Source: Methanopyrus kandleri AV19
Lineage (GTDB): Archaea > JAADCQ01 > Methanopyri > Methanopyrales > Methanopyraceae
Direction of reading: 5' to 3'
DNA length: 32,000 nucleotides
Assembly (NCBI RefSeq): GCF_000007185.1
Contig: NC_003551.1
Span: 810,001-842,000 of the forward strand
Below the pieces are notes generated by a model. The model saw only the letters and a list, made by a program, of their open reading frames with translations, was not told the origin of the DNA and made no database searches. Shown here piece by piece: positions 15,391-23,541 of this stretch. The position numbers and the translations under genes are program-made. How positions within the stretch are numbered: position 1 is the stretch's first letter; each line of letters starts with the position of its first letter.

Positions 15391-15711
15391 GTGTGGACCC
15401 TGACGGTAAGTGCTGAGGGGGAACGCGGACCGTGCGGACGCGTGCGAGAGTTGTACTCAAATGACAAGGTCTCCGTGGCAGAAGTGAGTGTTCGGGGTGA
15501 AGGCGAAGAGCATTACCACCGACGCACGTTCGAGGTGTACTACGTGATCGACGGTCGTGGAAAAGTGGTGCTGAACGGTCGTCCCGTCGACGTGGGACCG
15601 GGGGACGTCGTCGCCATCGAACCGGGGACAAGGCATAAGGTGATCGGCAACCTGAGGATGCTGGTGGTGTGCATCCCCCCGTTCGACCCGGAGGATGTGT
15701 ACCGGGTATGA
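15391..15711 (+). CDS. Cupin-domain protein
   Basis: The ORF is open from 15265, but its 5' part overlaps the ClC gene. GTG 15391 (or 15442/15451) is more likely. The cupin core is EEHYHRRTFEVYYVIDGRGKVVLNGRPVDVGPGDVVAIEPGTRHKV. Confidence 0.75.
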   Translation: MWTLTVSAEGERGPCGRVRELYSNDKVSVAEVSVRGEGEEHYHRRTFEVYYVIDGRGKVVLNGRPVDVGPGDVVAIEPGTRHKVIGNLRMLVVCIPPFDPEDVYRV

Positions 15712-15734
15712 TGAGCTAAGCCTACGCCGACCTA

Positions 15735-16055
15735 GTGGGGAGTGAGGATACGGGTGAGCTGCCTGACCCACCCCGCGTGTTTATCGAACTGAGGTTAAGA
15801 GTTCCCGAAGAGGTACTATCGGCCCTGGATCCGGATTCCGATAAGTGTTGCGACAGAAGTGGGGACGTTGTCGAGGTATTCGTCGAAGGGTTCGGGGCGG
15901 CGAAATACGCCGTCGAGGACGTTCTGCGGTGCGTAAAAGTGGGCACCGACACGCTCGAAACCGTCAGGGGGAGCGAGAGTGCAGCCACTGACGAGGAGGA
16001 ACAAGGACGAGCATCCCGCGGTTCTCGACCCGGATCGAACGATCGTCCTAGGTGA
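15735..16055 (+). CDS. Small acidic protein with a CitD/MdcC-like SGD motif (candidate carrier protein)
   Basis: 106 aa with a GTG start (GTG 15777 is an alternative). GC3 is consistent with coding up to ~15978. The motif CCDRSGDVVEVFVEG resembles the prosthetic-group serine region of citrate lyase and malonate decarboxylase acyl carrier subunits. The last ~25 codons overlap the next gene and look low-complexity. Confidence 0.45.
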   Translation: MGSEDTGELPDPPRVFIELRLRVPEEVLSALDPDSDKCCDRSGDVVEVFVEGFGAAKYAVEDVLRCVKVGTDTLETVRGSESAATDEEEQGRASRGSRPGSNDRPR

Positions 16056-16695
16056 CGTGACGGTGTCCCGAGACGCGGTGATAGGACCGGAGGTCAGACT
16101 GGGACCGGACGCCGTCGTACGAGGCGCTGTGATATCCGGACGTTGTGTCGTCTACAATTGTGAGCTCGGACGTTGTGCCGTAGGTCCTAAAACCACGGTC
16201 ACGGGTGATGTTGGGGACGGAGTTACCATCCACTCGGGTACGATTCTAGGGCAGCTCCGTGTGAGCGGGGAGATCGAACCACCCGAGGTAGGTGAGGGGG
16301 CCTTCTTGGGACCTGGGGTTTCCGTTCTTCCGGGGACGGTCATAGGTCCGGAGTCCGTCGTGATGCCCGATAGTGTGGTGACCGAGCGCGTACCGCGTCG
16401 CGGAGTCGTCAGCGGAAATCCGGCGATGCCCACGGGGATGGTCGTCGACGCGGAGACGTTGATCCTGGAGTTCGATGGAAAGCGGCTGTTACTCGAAGGG
16501 AAACGGGGAACCGCCTTCGACGTCAGGCTGAGCGACGGCGAACTCGAAATCACCGAAGAGAGCCCCGATAACTTCGGAGCCGTGCTTGAGAAGGACGTAG
16601 TGAAGGTGGTTCGCATGGGACACGCGATACCCTTGCCCGCTGAGCGACCTTTCTCCATCCCCCTGCACGTACTGGAGGTACGAACGAAGGGGTAA
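15979..16695 (+). CDS. Hexapeptide-repeat (left-handed beta-helix) acyltransferase-like protein with an extra C-terminal domain
   Basis: 238 aa with GTG 15979 after AGGGGGAG (alternative GTG 16056). The imperfect hexapeptide repeats are VLGDVTVSRDAVIGPEVRLGPDAVVRGAVISGRCVV...VGDGVTIHSGTIL...FLGPGVSVLPGTVIGPESVVMPDSVV, ending in the typical VVSGNPA. An ~85-aa unassigned domain follows. Confidence 0.7.
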   Translation: MQPLTRRNKDEHPAVLDPDRTIVLGDVTVSRDAVIGPEVRLGPDAVVRGAVISGRCVVYNCELGRCAVGPKTTVTGDVGDGVTIHSGTILGQLRVSGEIEPPEVGEGAFLGPGVSVLPGTVIGPESVVMPDSVVTERVPRRGVVSGNPAMPTGMVVDAETLILEFDGKRLLLEGKRGTAFDVRLSDGELEITEESPDNFGAVLEKDVVKVVRMGHAIPLPAERPFSIPLHVLEVRTKG

Positions 16696-16702
16696 GTGGG
16701 CG

Positions 16703-17305
16703 GTGCCGGTCCGCGAGTCACTACTGATAGACACCGATGTGCGCCGCTCGCTAGTGCTCGGGTCCGTATTGGAGATGTGCGAGGTGGAAAGAGCAGCCGT
16801 GTTGGGTACTGTTGCCCAGGGTAAGCGGTTCGAACACGGTGTTTTCGTGGCCGGGAAGCGGGTACCAGGCGAGGTAATCACGGTAGAGGTGGAAGTCTCA
16901 AGGGAAGTCGTACGCTCGGGATCGATGGAAATCGACCTCGATCCCGCGGATCCGGATCTGGTGGCGGTGGTTGCGGATGTGAGGGCTACTGGACTCATCG
17001 CGAACCTCACCGGCTTACGACCGGAGCGCCGAGGATTCCACGCCCTGTTCGCTTTCTCGGGTGAGTTACCCGCTCGAGTACGGAAGAGGGTGGTAAGCAA
17101 CCTGGACGTGTTCAGAGAATGTTGTCCGTGTGCCCTATTGGAGATCGGTGACGTGAAGCTGAGGTTTCTAGGAGGTCGACAGGTGTTCGATGAAAGGTCC
17201 AGACTGTCGTATACGGACGTCCTCGCCGTCAGGGACGGGAAGCCGATAGCATCTGCATGGAGGCCGGCGTCCAGAAGCGTCATCTCTAAGTTGGGGGCCA
17301 GGTGA
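16703..17305 (+). CDS. Hypothetical protein (orphan member of the CitG-like cluster)
   Basis: 200 aa with a GTG start 7 nt after the previous stop. It looks protein-like. No family recognised. Confidence 0.5.
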   Translation: MPVRESLLIDTDVRRSLVLGSVLEMCEVERAAVLGTVAQGKRFEHGVFVAGKRVPGEVITVEVEVSREVVRSGSMEIDLDPADPDLVAVVADVRATGLIANLTGLRPERRGFHALFAFSGELPARVRKRVVSNLDVFRECCPCALLEIGDVKLRFLGGRQVFDERSRLSYTDVLAVRDGKPIASAWRPASRSVISKLGAR

Positions 17306-17311
17306 GGGACC

Positions 17312-18238
17312 GTGGTGGGGACAGTCAGAGAGCTTCCGACGCTGTTTTGCGAGTCGGTCGCACTGGAGGTACTCTCCGGGCCGAAACCAGGGTTGGTGGA
17401 TCCCATCTCTCCTAGCTCCCACGAGGACATGGGGCCCCGTGAGTTCCTCGCGTGCCTTCCGGAGCTTCGAAGGTGTCTCGAGGAGGCCCTAGAGCTGGGG
17501 ATAGACGGTGAACCCGTAGACGAGTTGATCCGGTCCCTTCCCGCGTGGAACGTGGACGTGATAACAGCTTCTGGCGGACCTAACTCCGTGCGTGGGATAG
17601 TGTTCCTCGGGTCAGTGTACTGCTACTCGGCTGGGCTCGAAAACGACCCGTTCCCGTTCGGCCGCATCCGCGTCGTCGGGAGAAGGTGTACGGAGGCCCT
17701 CTGGAACCGGTCGGAAACCAAGTGCGGGCGAATCCGGATCAAGGAGCGATTGGCCGGTGTCTTCGGCGAGGTGGCCTCCGGAATGGCTACGGCTCGGGGG
17801 GTATCCTTGCCGGTCCTACGGGCCACGCTGCGGGCGGGAAGGCCCCTCGAAGAGGCCGTGATACACTCGGTACTGGCCTGCATGTCAACGTTAGAAGACG
17901 CCGGGATCCCCCGGAAACTGCGTAATTGGGTGAAACGAAGGGCGTCGGAAGTTCTACGCGCTGGAGGCCCGTTCACCGAACGGGGTCGCGCGGAGCTGCA
18001 CAAATTCGTGCACGAGTGCGCCGAACGTGGGGTGAGTCCCGGTGCCTCGGCCGACGTCACGGTCGTTGGACTCGTCCTCCTACTTGCGAGGTGGGGGAGG
18101 GACATCGTATCCCCGTATCGTGATCCTCCGCGGAGGTGGAGTGGCGGAGCTGTTGAACGGAACTCTCAGGCTTCTGATACGGTCGGACGGAACCCGGGCG
18201 GTCGCGTCCGCGGGAGACGAGAAGTTCTTAAAGGCTGA
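17312..18238 (+). CDS. CitG/MdcB-like triphosphoribosyl-dephospho-CoA synthase family protein
   Basis: Four blocks match the CitG family as I recall it. GPKPGLVDPISPSSHEDM fits PKPGLVD..H.DM. GGPNSVRGIVFLG fits the GxNTHKGxIF pattern. GVFGEVASG fits GxRGExxxG. VSPGASADVTVVGL fits SPGGSADLL. The last ~43 codons ([17 protein letters not shown]...) look out-of-frame and overlap the next gene. Confidence 0.8.
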   Translation: MVGTVRELPTLFCESVALEVLSGPKPGLVDPISPSSHEDMGPREFLACLPELRRCLEEALELGIDGEPVDELIRSLPAWNVDVITASGGPNSVRGIVFLGSVYCYSAGLENDPFPFGRIRVVGRRCTEALWNRSETKCGRIRIKERLAGVFGEVASGMATARGVSLPVLRATLRAGRPLEEAVIHSVLACMSTLEDAGIPRKLRNWVKRRASEVLRAGGPFTERGRAELHKFVHECAERGVSPGASADVTVVGLVLLLARWGRDIVSPYRDPPRRWSGGAVERNSQASDTVGRNPGGRVRGRREVLKG

Positions 18239-18677
18239 CGAAGCTGAGGTCCGCAGGGAGTTAACACCCTTCGAAGCTTACCGGAAGATATGCAAGAAAC
18301 TGGACGCGTCTGTTGTCGAGCCACCCGAAGATGTAGGACATCCCGTCGATCCTGAGGTGGGATATCGGGTCCTGGAACTCTTGGAGAGCCTGTGGGACTC
18401 GGGGTTCAGGCGCTTGGGTGTCTTGGGGACCGTCGGGTGCGGTGCGCCCCTCCACGACATCGAGGTCGGGAATCCGGTCGGGTGGACTAGCGTTCGGGTC
18501 TCGAACCCAGGCTCAGATCTCGACCTCGTGGCCCCCCACCGAGATTACTTATTGGAGATGTCACTGTCTGGTTTCGAAACTGTAAAGCGTTTCGCGGACC
18601 GTGTGATAATGTCTCCCGCGGCATTCACTGGGTTTACAGTTCCCAGAGTCGAAGTCCGGTTACCCAGGGGGTGTTAA
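18120..18677 (+). CDS. Candidate MdcG/CitX-like phosphoribosyl-dephospho-CoA transferase (nucleotidyltransferase-fold motif)
   Basis: The frame is open from 18042, and the start is uncertain (GTG 18120, GTG 18141 or TTG 18153). GC3 in 18120-18238 favours this frame over the CitG tail. The motif [12 protein letters not shown]...[11 protein letters not shown] resembles the G[ST]..G...SDLDL signature I recall for MdcG and polymerase-beta-type transferases. Confidence 0.45.
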   Translation: MILRGGGVAELLNGTLRLLIRSDGTRAVASAGDEKFLKADEAEVRRELTPFEAYRKICKKLDASVVEPPEDVGHPVDPEVGYRVLELLESLWDSGFRRLGVLGTVGCGAPLHDIEVGNPVGWTSVRVSNPGSDLDLVAPHRDYLLEMSLSGFETVKRFADRVIMSPAAFTGFTVPRVEVRLPRGC

Positions 18678-18678
18678 C

Positions 18679-20148
18679 TTGACGGAAAAACTTGACAGTG
18701 TGTTACCCAAAACCTCACAAGGTTCGAACTTGAACGATCTGAAGAACCTCCGCGATGCGCTGGATAAGTTTTCCGAGATCGAGCCGGATCTGGACGTCGA
18801 GTCGCTGAAAGCTACGCTGGACGATCTGATCACGCTCATGGAAGAAACAGGCGTGAAAGACGTGAGGGATCTCTGCGAGAAGTTTCTGGACTTCAAGCGT
18901 GAAAAGGAGCGGTTGGAAGAGCTCCTCAAGGAGTACTTCAAGCGGTTGGAGGAGTTGGAGCGGAAGCTGCGAGCCCACGAGGAGAAGCTTCGCATCGAGG
19001 CCCGTCGTCGTAAGACTCTGGAGAAGGAGTTGGAGATGGAGCGCGACGAGAAGGCCGAGCTGCGGGAGGAGCTACGGCGTAAAGAAGTCATGATCGAGAA
19101 GCTCCGTAGCGACCTGCAGCGGATGAAGAAGCCCCCGCTCATCGTGGGTACCGTCGAAGAGATCCTCGACGACGGTCGCGTGATAGTGAAGAGTTCCACG
19201 GGTCCGAAGTTCGTCTCGAACGTGAGCCCGACCGTAGACAGAAACGAGCTCGAGCCGGGTGCTAACGTGGCCCTCAACCAGCAGAGCATGGCCGTGGTGG
19301 ACGTGTTACCGTCGGAGAAAGACTCACGTGTACTGGCGATGGAGGTGGACGAGTCACCCGATGTGTCGTACGACGATATCGGCGGTCTGGACGAGCAGAT
19401 CCGCGAGATCCGAGAAGTCGTGGAGAAGCCGCTCAAGGAGCCCGAGCTGTTCGAGAAGGTCGGTGTCGAACCGCCGAAGGGTGTCCTACTGTACGGTCCA
19501 CCGGGCACCGGTAAGACCCTGCTGGCCAAAGCCGTGGCGAACCACGCCGACGCCACCTTCATCCGGCTCGCCGCGCCGGAATTGGTCCAGAAGTTCATCG
19601 GCGAAGGTGCTAGACTGGTGCGGGAGCTGTTCGAACTCGCACGCGAGAAGGCTCCGAGTATTATCTTCATCGACGAGATCGACGCGATCGGTGCCCGGCG
19701 AATGCGGGACGCGACGAGCGGAGACCGCGAGGTCCAGCGCACGCTCACCCAGCTGCTCGCGGAGATGGACGGCTTCGATCCGCTCGACGACATCAAGGTC
19801 ATCGCGGCCACGAACCGGAAGGACATCCTGGACCCGGCCTTGCTGCGACCGGGTCGGTTCGACAGGCACATTAAGATCCCGCTACCGGACGAGGAGGGCC
19901 GGTACGAGATCTTCAAGATCCACACGCGCGACATGAACTTGGCCGAGGACGTCGATCTCCAGAAGCTGGCGAAGATCACCGAGGGTGCCTCAGGTGCGGA
20001 CATCAAGGCCATATGTACCGAGGCTGGTATGATGGCTATACGCGAGGACCGTGACATTGTCACCATGGATGACTTCCTGAAGGCCGTGGACAGGGTCATG
20101 GGTAAGAAGGAAGAAGAGAGCGGAGAGTTCAAGCGCGCGTACCACTGA
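18679..20148 (+). CDS. pan: Proteasome-activating nucleotidase (AAA+ ATPase)
   Basis: The coiled-coil N-terminus is followed by the OB region [28 protein letters not shown]. Walker A is GPPGTGKT and Walker B is IIFIDEIDA, followed by the second region of homology [22 protein letters not shown] 18679 gives 489 aa. ATG 18838 (MEETGVKD...) would give a more typical 436 aa. Confidence 0.95.
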   Translation: MTEKLDSVLPKTSQGSNLNDLKNLRDALDKFSEIEPDLDVESLKATLDDLITLMEETGVKDVRDLCEKFLDFKREKERLEELLKEYFKRLEELERKLRAHEEKLRIEARRRKTLEKELEMERDEKAELREELRRKEVMIEKLRSDLQRMKKPPLIVGTVEEILDDGRVIVKSSTGPKFVSNVSPTVDRNELEPGANVALNQQSMAVVDVLPSEKDSRVLAMEVDESPDVSYDDIGGLDEQIREIREVVEKPLKEPELFEKVGVEPPKGVLLYGPPGTGKTLLAKAVANHADATFIRLAAPELVQKFIGEGARLVRELFELAREKAPSIIFIDEIDAIGARRMRDATSGDREVQRTLTQLLAEMDGFDPLDDIKVIAATNRKDILDPALLRPGRFDRHIKIPLPDEEGRYEIFKIHTRDMNLAEDVDLQKLAKITEGASGADIKAICTEAGMMAIREDRDIVTMDDFLKAVDRVMGKKEEESGEFKRAYH

Positions 20149-20232
20149 TGCGGACTCCCCGACCTTCCACCAACAATCCCCTCCCCAGGATGACGAGGCG
20201 GTTGCTGGCGGACCCGACAGGGATGATGAATA

Positions 20233-21030
20233 GTGGGCGAGCGGACTGTTGCGCATTACGGTCCTTACGTCGTTAAGGAGATCAGAACGAACCAGGACAA
20301 CCTGGACGCGATCCGTTCGTTACTGAAGTCCGCCGAGCGCCGTGGTCCTGGAAACGTGGGAGAAGTGGTTCCTCTCGATGTCTTCGACACGGACCGTGGG
20401 CTAGCCTCCGATCGCACCAGGCTGCTGGTGGCTCTACGGGAGGACGAGATCGTCGCTTGCGTCGCCGCGGATCCTCGGGAACGCATAGGTTCCGGTCCCA
20501 ATCCCCACAACGTCTTCGGCCTCGTAGTGTCTCCGGAGGTGCGCGCCAGGTACCAGTTGGGACACGTCATGATCGCCGCCGCCCTGAAAACGCTCCGGGA
20601 AGAAGGTCTGAAGGTCGCACGAACCACTCCAATCAGACGCGCCTTACCGTTCTTCACGGGTATCCGCGCCGATCCCACTCATGTGTACCGGGAACTCGAG
20701 GTGAGGCTAAGGTGGTATCGTAGGACTGGGAGTGAGGAGTACTTGGAGCTAACCAGGGTACCGAGAGAGGTCCGTGAAGAGCTGGAGCTACTTCGAATTC
20801 GTACGGTGAACGCTCGGAGGGACCCTACACCGTTTCACCGGTTGGATCCGGAGAAGCCCGTGCACGTTTTCAGGTCGGGTGTCCGCTCGTTCACCCTCAT
20901 AGCATCGCTGGGGGACGGGGATCATGGTCGACGTCAGCGTGATATTGCCCACGTACAACGAGCGCGAGAACCTTCCAAGGGTGATTCCCAAGATCGAGGA
21001 GGTAGTGGAGGAAGAAGGCTGGACCGCTGA
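20233..21030 (+). CDS. Hypothetical protein with a possible GNAT-like N-terminal domain
   Basis: 265 aa with a GTG start. LLVALREDEIVACVAAD...VFGLVVSPEVRARYQLGHVMIAAALKTLREEGLKVA loosely fits GNAT motifs. The last 107 nt overlap the next gene in another frame and translate to low-complexity sequence. Confidence 0.4.
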   Translation: MGERTVAHYGPYVVKEIRTNQDNLDAIRSLLKSAERRGPGNVGEVVPLDVFDTDRGLASDRTRLLVALREDEIVACVAADPRERIGSGPNPHNVFGLVVSPEVRARYQLGHVMIAAALKTLREEGLKVARTTPIRRALPFFTGIRADPTHVYRELEVRLRWYRRTGSEEYLELTRVPREVREELELLRIRTVNARRDPTPFHRLDPEKPVHVFRSGVRSFTLIASLGDGDHGRRQRDIAHVQRAREPSKGDSQDRGGSGGRRLDR

Positions 21031-21646
21031 GATTCTGGTAGTCGACGACAACTCACCCGACGGAACGGCGGAAGTGGCCCGAGAACTTTCCAGACAGTAC
21101 GGTAACATCAAGGTGATCGTGCGCGAGGAGAAGCCGGGATTAGGTCTAGCGTACAGGAGAGGGTTCCGCGAGGCTAGGGGCGAGGTGATAGTATGTATGG
21201 ACGCCGACGGTCAACACCCACCAGAGTGTCTTCCTAACATCGTGAATCCGGTACTCGATGGGGAGTGCGACTTCGGATTAGGGTCCAGGTACGTCGAAGG
21301 GTCCGTCGTTGAGAACTTCCCGTGGTACCGTAAGCTGAACTCTTGGGGTGCACGCGTTGTTGCACGCTTGTTCCTCAAACTTCCGTACCGCGATCCGACG
21401 AGCGGGTTCCGTGCTATTTCCCGGAAGATACTGACCGAGAGCCGACCGTTCGTGTCCGAAGGTTTCGAGATACAGGTCGAGACGCTCGCGAAGGCCCACC
21501 ACATGGGCTACACCGTGCAGGAGTACCCGTTCTTGTTCCGACCCAGAGAGCGGGGATCCTCTAACGTGAATATCCGTCAGATACTACGGTACCTCAGAGG
21601 AGTGTGGAGGATCAGGAAGGACTTGAAGCAGCGTGGGCTCCTGTAA
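20924..21646 (+). CDS. Family-2 glycosyltransferase, dolichyl-phosphate mannose/glucose synthase-like
   Basis: VSVILPTYNERENL, ILVVDDNSPDGT, MDADGQHPP, GSRY and DPTSGFRA are collinear with Dpm1-type GT2 enzymes. Confidence 0.85.
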   Translation: MVDVSVILPTYNERENLPRVIPKIEEVVEEEGWTAEILVVDDNSPDGTAEVARELSRQYGNIKVIVREEKPGLGLAYRRGFREARGEVIVCMDADGQHPPECLPNIVNPVLDGECDFGLGSRYVEGSVVENFPWYRKLNSWGARVVARLFLKLPYRDPTSGFRAISRKILTESRPFVSEGFEIQVETLAKAHHMGYTVQEYPFLFRPRERGSSNVNIRQILRYLRGVWRIRKDLKQRGLL

Positions 21647-21688
21647 ACGTTTTCACATACCTGCTCCGGATGGCTCGAGGGCAGAAGA

Positions 21689-23029
21689 TTGCGCGTTGTG
21701 GTGGTAGGAGGCGGAGCCGCCGGCGTCGTAGCCGCTCGGACTGCCCGGGAACACGGCGCCGACGTGGTTCTAATCTCGGCGGATGAGCATATCGCGTACT
21801 CCCCCTGCGCCATCCCGTTCGTAATCTCAGGGGAGATAGAACGACCGGAAGATATCCTGATGCGCGATCCCACCCACTACGAGCGCCTCGGGATCGACGT
21901 CAGGCTGGGCGTGAGGGTGGAGGAAGTCGATCCCGAAGAGAAGGTCGTGACCACCGAAGACGGTGACACCGTCGAATACGACTCGATGGTTCTCGCTACC
22001 GGTGGAGAGCCTCTAGTTCCCCCGATCGAGGGTTCCGAACTGGACGGCGTCTTCACCGTTCGGCGGTTTTCGGATATCGAGCCTCTACTACGAGCCGTTC
22101 AGGAGTCGGAGCGAGCTGTGATAGTGGGAGCAGGACCCATCGGTGTAGAGATGGCGTACGCCCTTCACGAACGCGGGTTAGAGGTCACGCTGGTCGAAAT
22201 GCTCGATAGGGTTCTTCCGCAGTTCCTCGACGATGATGTCGCCGCGATAGTGCAAGAGCGGATGGAAAAGGAGGGCGTCAGAGTACTTCTCGGCTCGCCT
22301 GTGGAGGCTATAGAAGGCGATGATAGAGTGGAGGCCGTGGTGGTAAACGGTGAAGAGATAGAGGCCGACCTCGTCGTGATGGCGGCCGGTGTGAGGCCGG
22401 TAACGGACCTCTTTGAGAGCATAGGGGCTTCGGTCCTACCCTTTGGGGTTGAAGTCGATCCCGCCCTTCGAGTCAAGCGCGAGGACGGCGGTGTCTTCGA
22501 CGATATATACGCGGCCGGGGATTGTGTGGCTGATTGGTGTCCCATCACGGGTGAGCGAGTTCCGAGCCAGCTCGGCACGGTCGCCGTTCGACAGGGCAAG
22601 ATCGCCGGGAAAAACGCCGCTGGAGGTCCCAGGGCGACTTGGATGGGTACCCTCAACACCGCAGTGATCCGCGTGTTCGATCTGGAGGCGGCGGGTGCGG
22701 GATTGACACAGACCAGGGCCGAAGAATTAGGGTTGGAGGTGGTTTCGGCCACCGTCGAGACGACCACCAGGGCCAGGTATTATCCGGGTGGCGAGCCTAT
22801 TGCGGTCAAGTTAATAGCTGATGCGGACACGCACCGTATCGTCGGAGTTCAATCCGTTGGAGGGGAACGGGTGAGGGAGCGCGTCGACGGTGTCGCTTTG
22901 GCCATCCGGCTGGCGGCTAAAGTAGAGGACCTCCTGAGCTGGGATTACTCCTACTCGCCTCCGGTCGCTCGGGTTATAGAACCCATATACGAGGCCGCCG
23001 AGCTCCTTAGGGAGGAGCTTCACTCATGA
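21689..23029 (+). CDS. FAD-dependent pyridine nucleotide-disulfide oxidoreductase (NADH oxidase / CoA-disulfide reductase family)
   Basis: The FAD-binding start is VVVVGGGAAGVVAA and the single redox Cys region is AYSPCAIPF. The second dinucleotide fold is AVIVGAGPIGVEMA, followed by the AAGDC block and a dimerisation domain. TTG start. Confidence 0.85.
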   Translation: MRVVVVGGGAAGVVAARTAREHGADVVLISADEHIAYSPCAIPFVISGEIERPEDILMRDPTHYERLGIDVRLGVRVEEVDPEEKVVTTEDGDTVEYDSMVLATGGEPLVPPIEGSELDGVFTVRRFSDIEPLLRAVQESERAVIVGAGPIGVEMAYALHERGLEVTLVEMLDRVLPQFLDDDVAAIVQERMEKEGVRVLLGSPVEAIEGDDRVEAVVVNGEEIEADLVVMAAGVRPVTDLFESIGASVLPFGVEVDPALRVKREDGGVFDDIYAAGDCVADWCPITGERVPSQLGTVAVRQGKIAGKNAAGGPRATWMGTLNTAVIRVFDLEAAGAGLTQTRAEELGLEVVSATVETTTRARYYPGGEPIAVKLIADADTHRIVGVQSVGGERVRERVDGVALAIRLAAKVEDLLSWDYSYSPPVARVIEPIYEAAELLREELHS

Positions 23030-23541
23030 AGCGCTTCCTCAGAGACCTTTCCGCCGCCACAGCATCACTGACGGCCTTGGTCCTCATGGAATCGTTCACG
23101 GGGATTACGCTCGAATCCCTTAAGCATCGGTGGGTGCATCATCCTGAGTTCTTGGCGATGCTTCCGGCTCTCATGGACTTTCGGGGCAACGTGGCTCTCG
23201 CTCACTCCGCCCGCACCGCCACGGCGACCCATCTGGGTGACGAGGAGAGGGCACTGCAGAGCTCACTGGCGGTTCTCCTAATCGGCCTCATGGTGCCTCC
23301 GGTCATCGGCTCGGTCGTCTACTACGCCTACGGAGGTGATTTGAGTACCCTCGTAGGGACTGCGTTCCTTACCGTACTGTCGGTTACCGCGGTCGTGACG
23401 CCAGTAACAGTCGGTATCGTCCGCATGGCGGCGATGTTGGGTTTCGATCCGGATCATGTCGCTCCGCCACTAACAACGGCTCTCTCGGACGTACTGACGG
23501 TGGCTTTCCTGTTCACGATTGCGGAGGTGATGGTAGGTTGA
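23026..23541 (+). CDS. MgtE-like divalent-cation transporter membrane domain protein (half-size)
   Basis: 171 aa with an ATGA overlap with the upstream stop. Blocks are LPALMDFRGNVALAHSAR and FDPDHVAPPLTTALSDVLTVAFLF (MgtE TM-domain pattern P.l.d..Gn.G / DPA....T...D). Confidence 0.7.
   Translation: MKRFLRDLSAATASLTALVLMESFTGITLESLKHRWVHHPEFLAMLPALMDFRGNVALAHSARTATATHLGDEERALQSSLAVLLIGLMVPPVIGSVVYYAYGGDLSTLVGTAFLTVLSVTAVVTPVTVGIVRMAAMLGFDPDHVAPPLTTALSDVLTVAFLFTIAEVMVG

Noticed and set aside
15365-15631. N-terminal extension of the ClC ORF (MSPVRWRRRPPVPRRRDD...)
   Set aside because: The translation is Arg/Pro-rich nonsense and overlaps the cupin gene. A TTG at 15364 with a GGAGGTGGAG SD starts right before the first TM helix.
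16152-17430. Minus-strand ORFs of 189 aa and 313 aa opposite the LbH, orphan and CitG-like genes
   Set aside because: Their composition is Ser/Thr/Pro-rich. The plus-strand frames carry hexapeptide repeats and CitG blocks and have better third-position GC.
18660-20132. 490-aa minus-strand ORF nearly coextensive with pan
   Set aside because: It is a Ser/Arg-rich, low-complexity antisense shadow of a clearly identified AAA+ gene. It contains no motifs.
20219-20290. Perfect C-box-like ATGATGA at about 20222-20228, upstream of the GNAT-like gene
   Set aside because: There is no CTGA D box at the expected 45-60 nt distance (only TCAGA) and no terminal pairing. It is probably a chance match.
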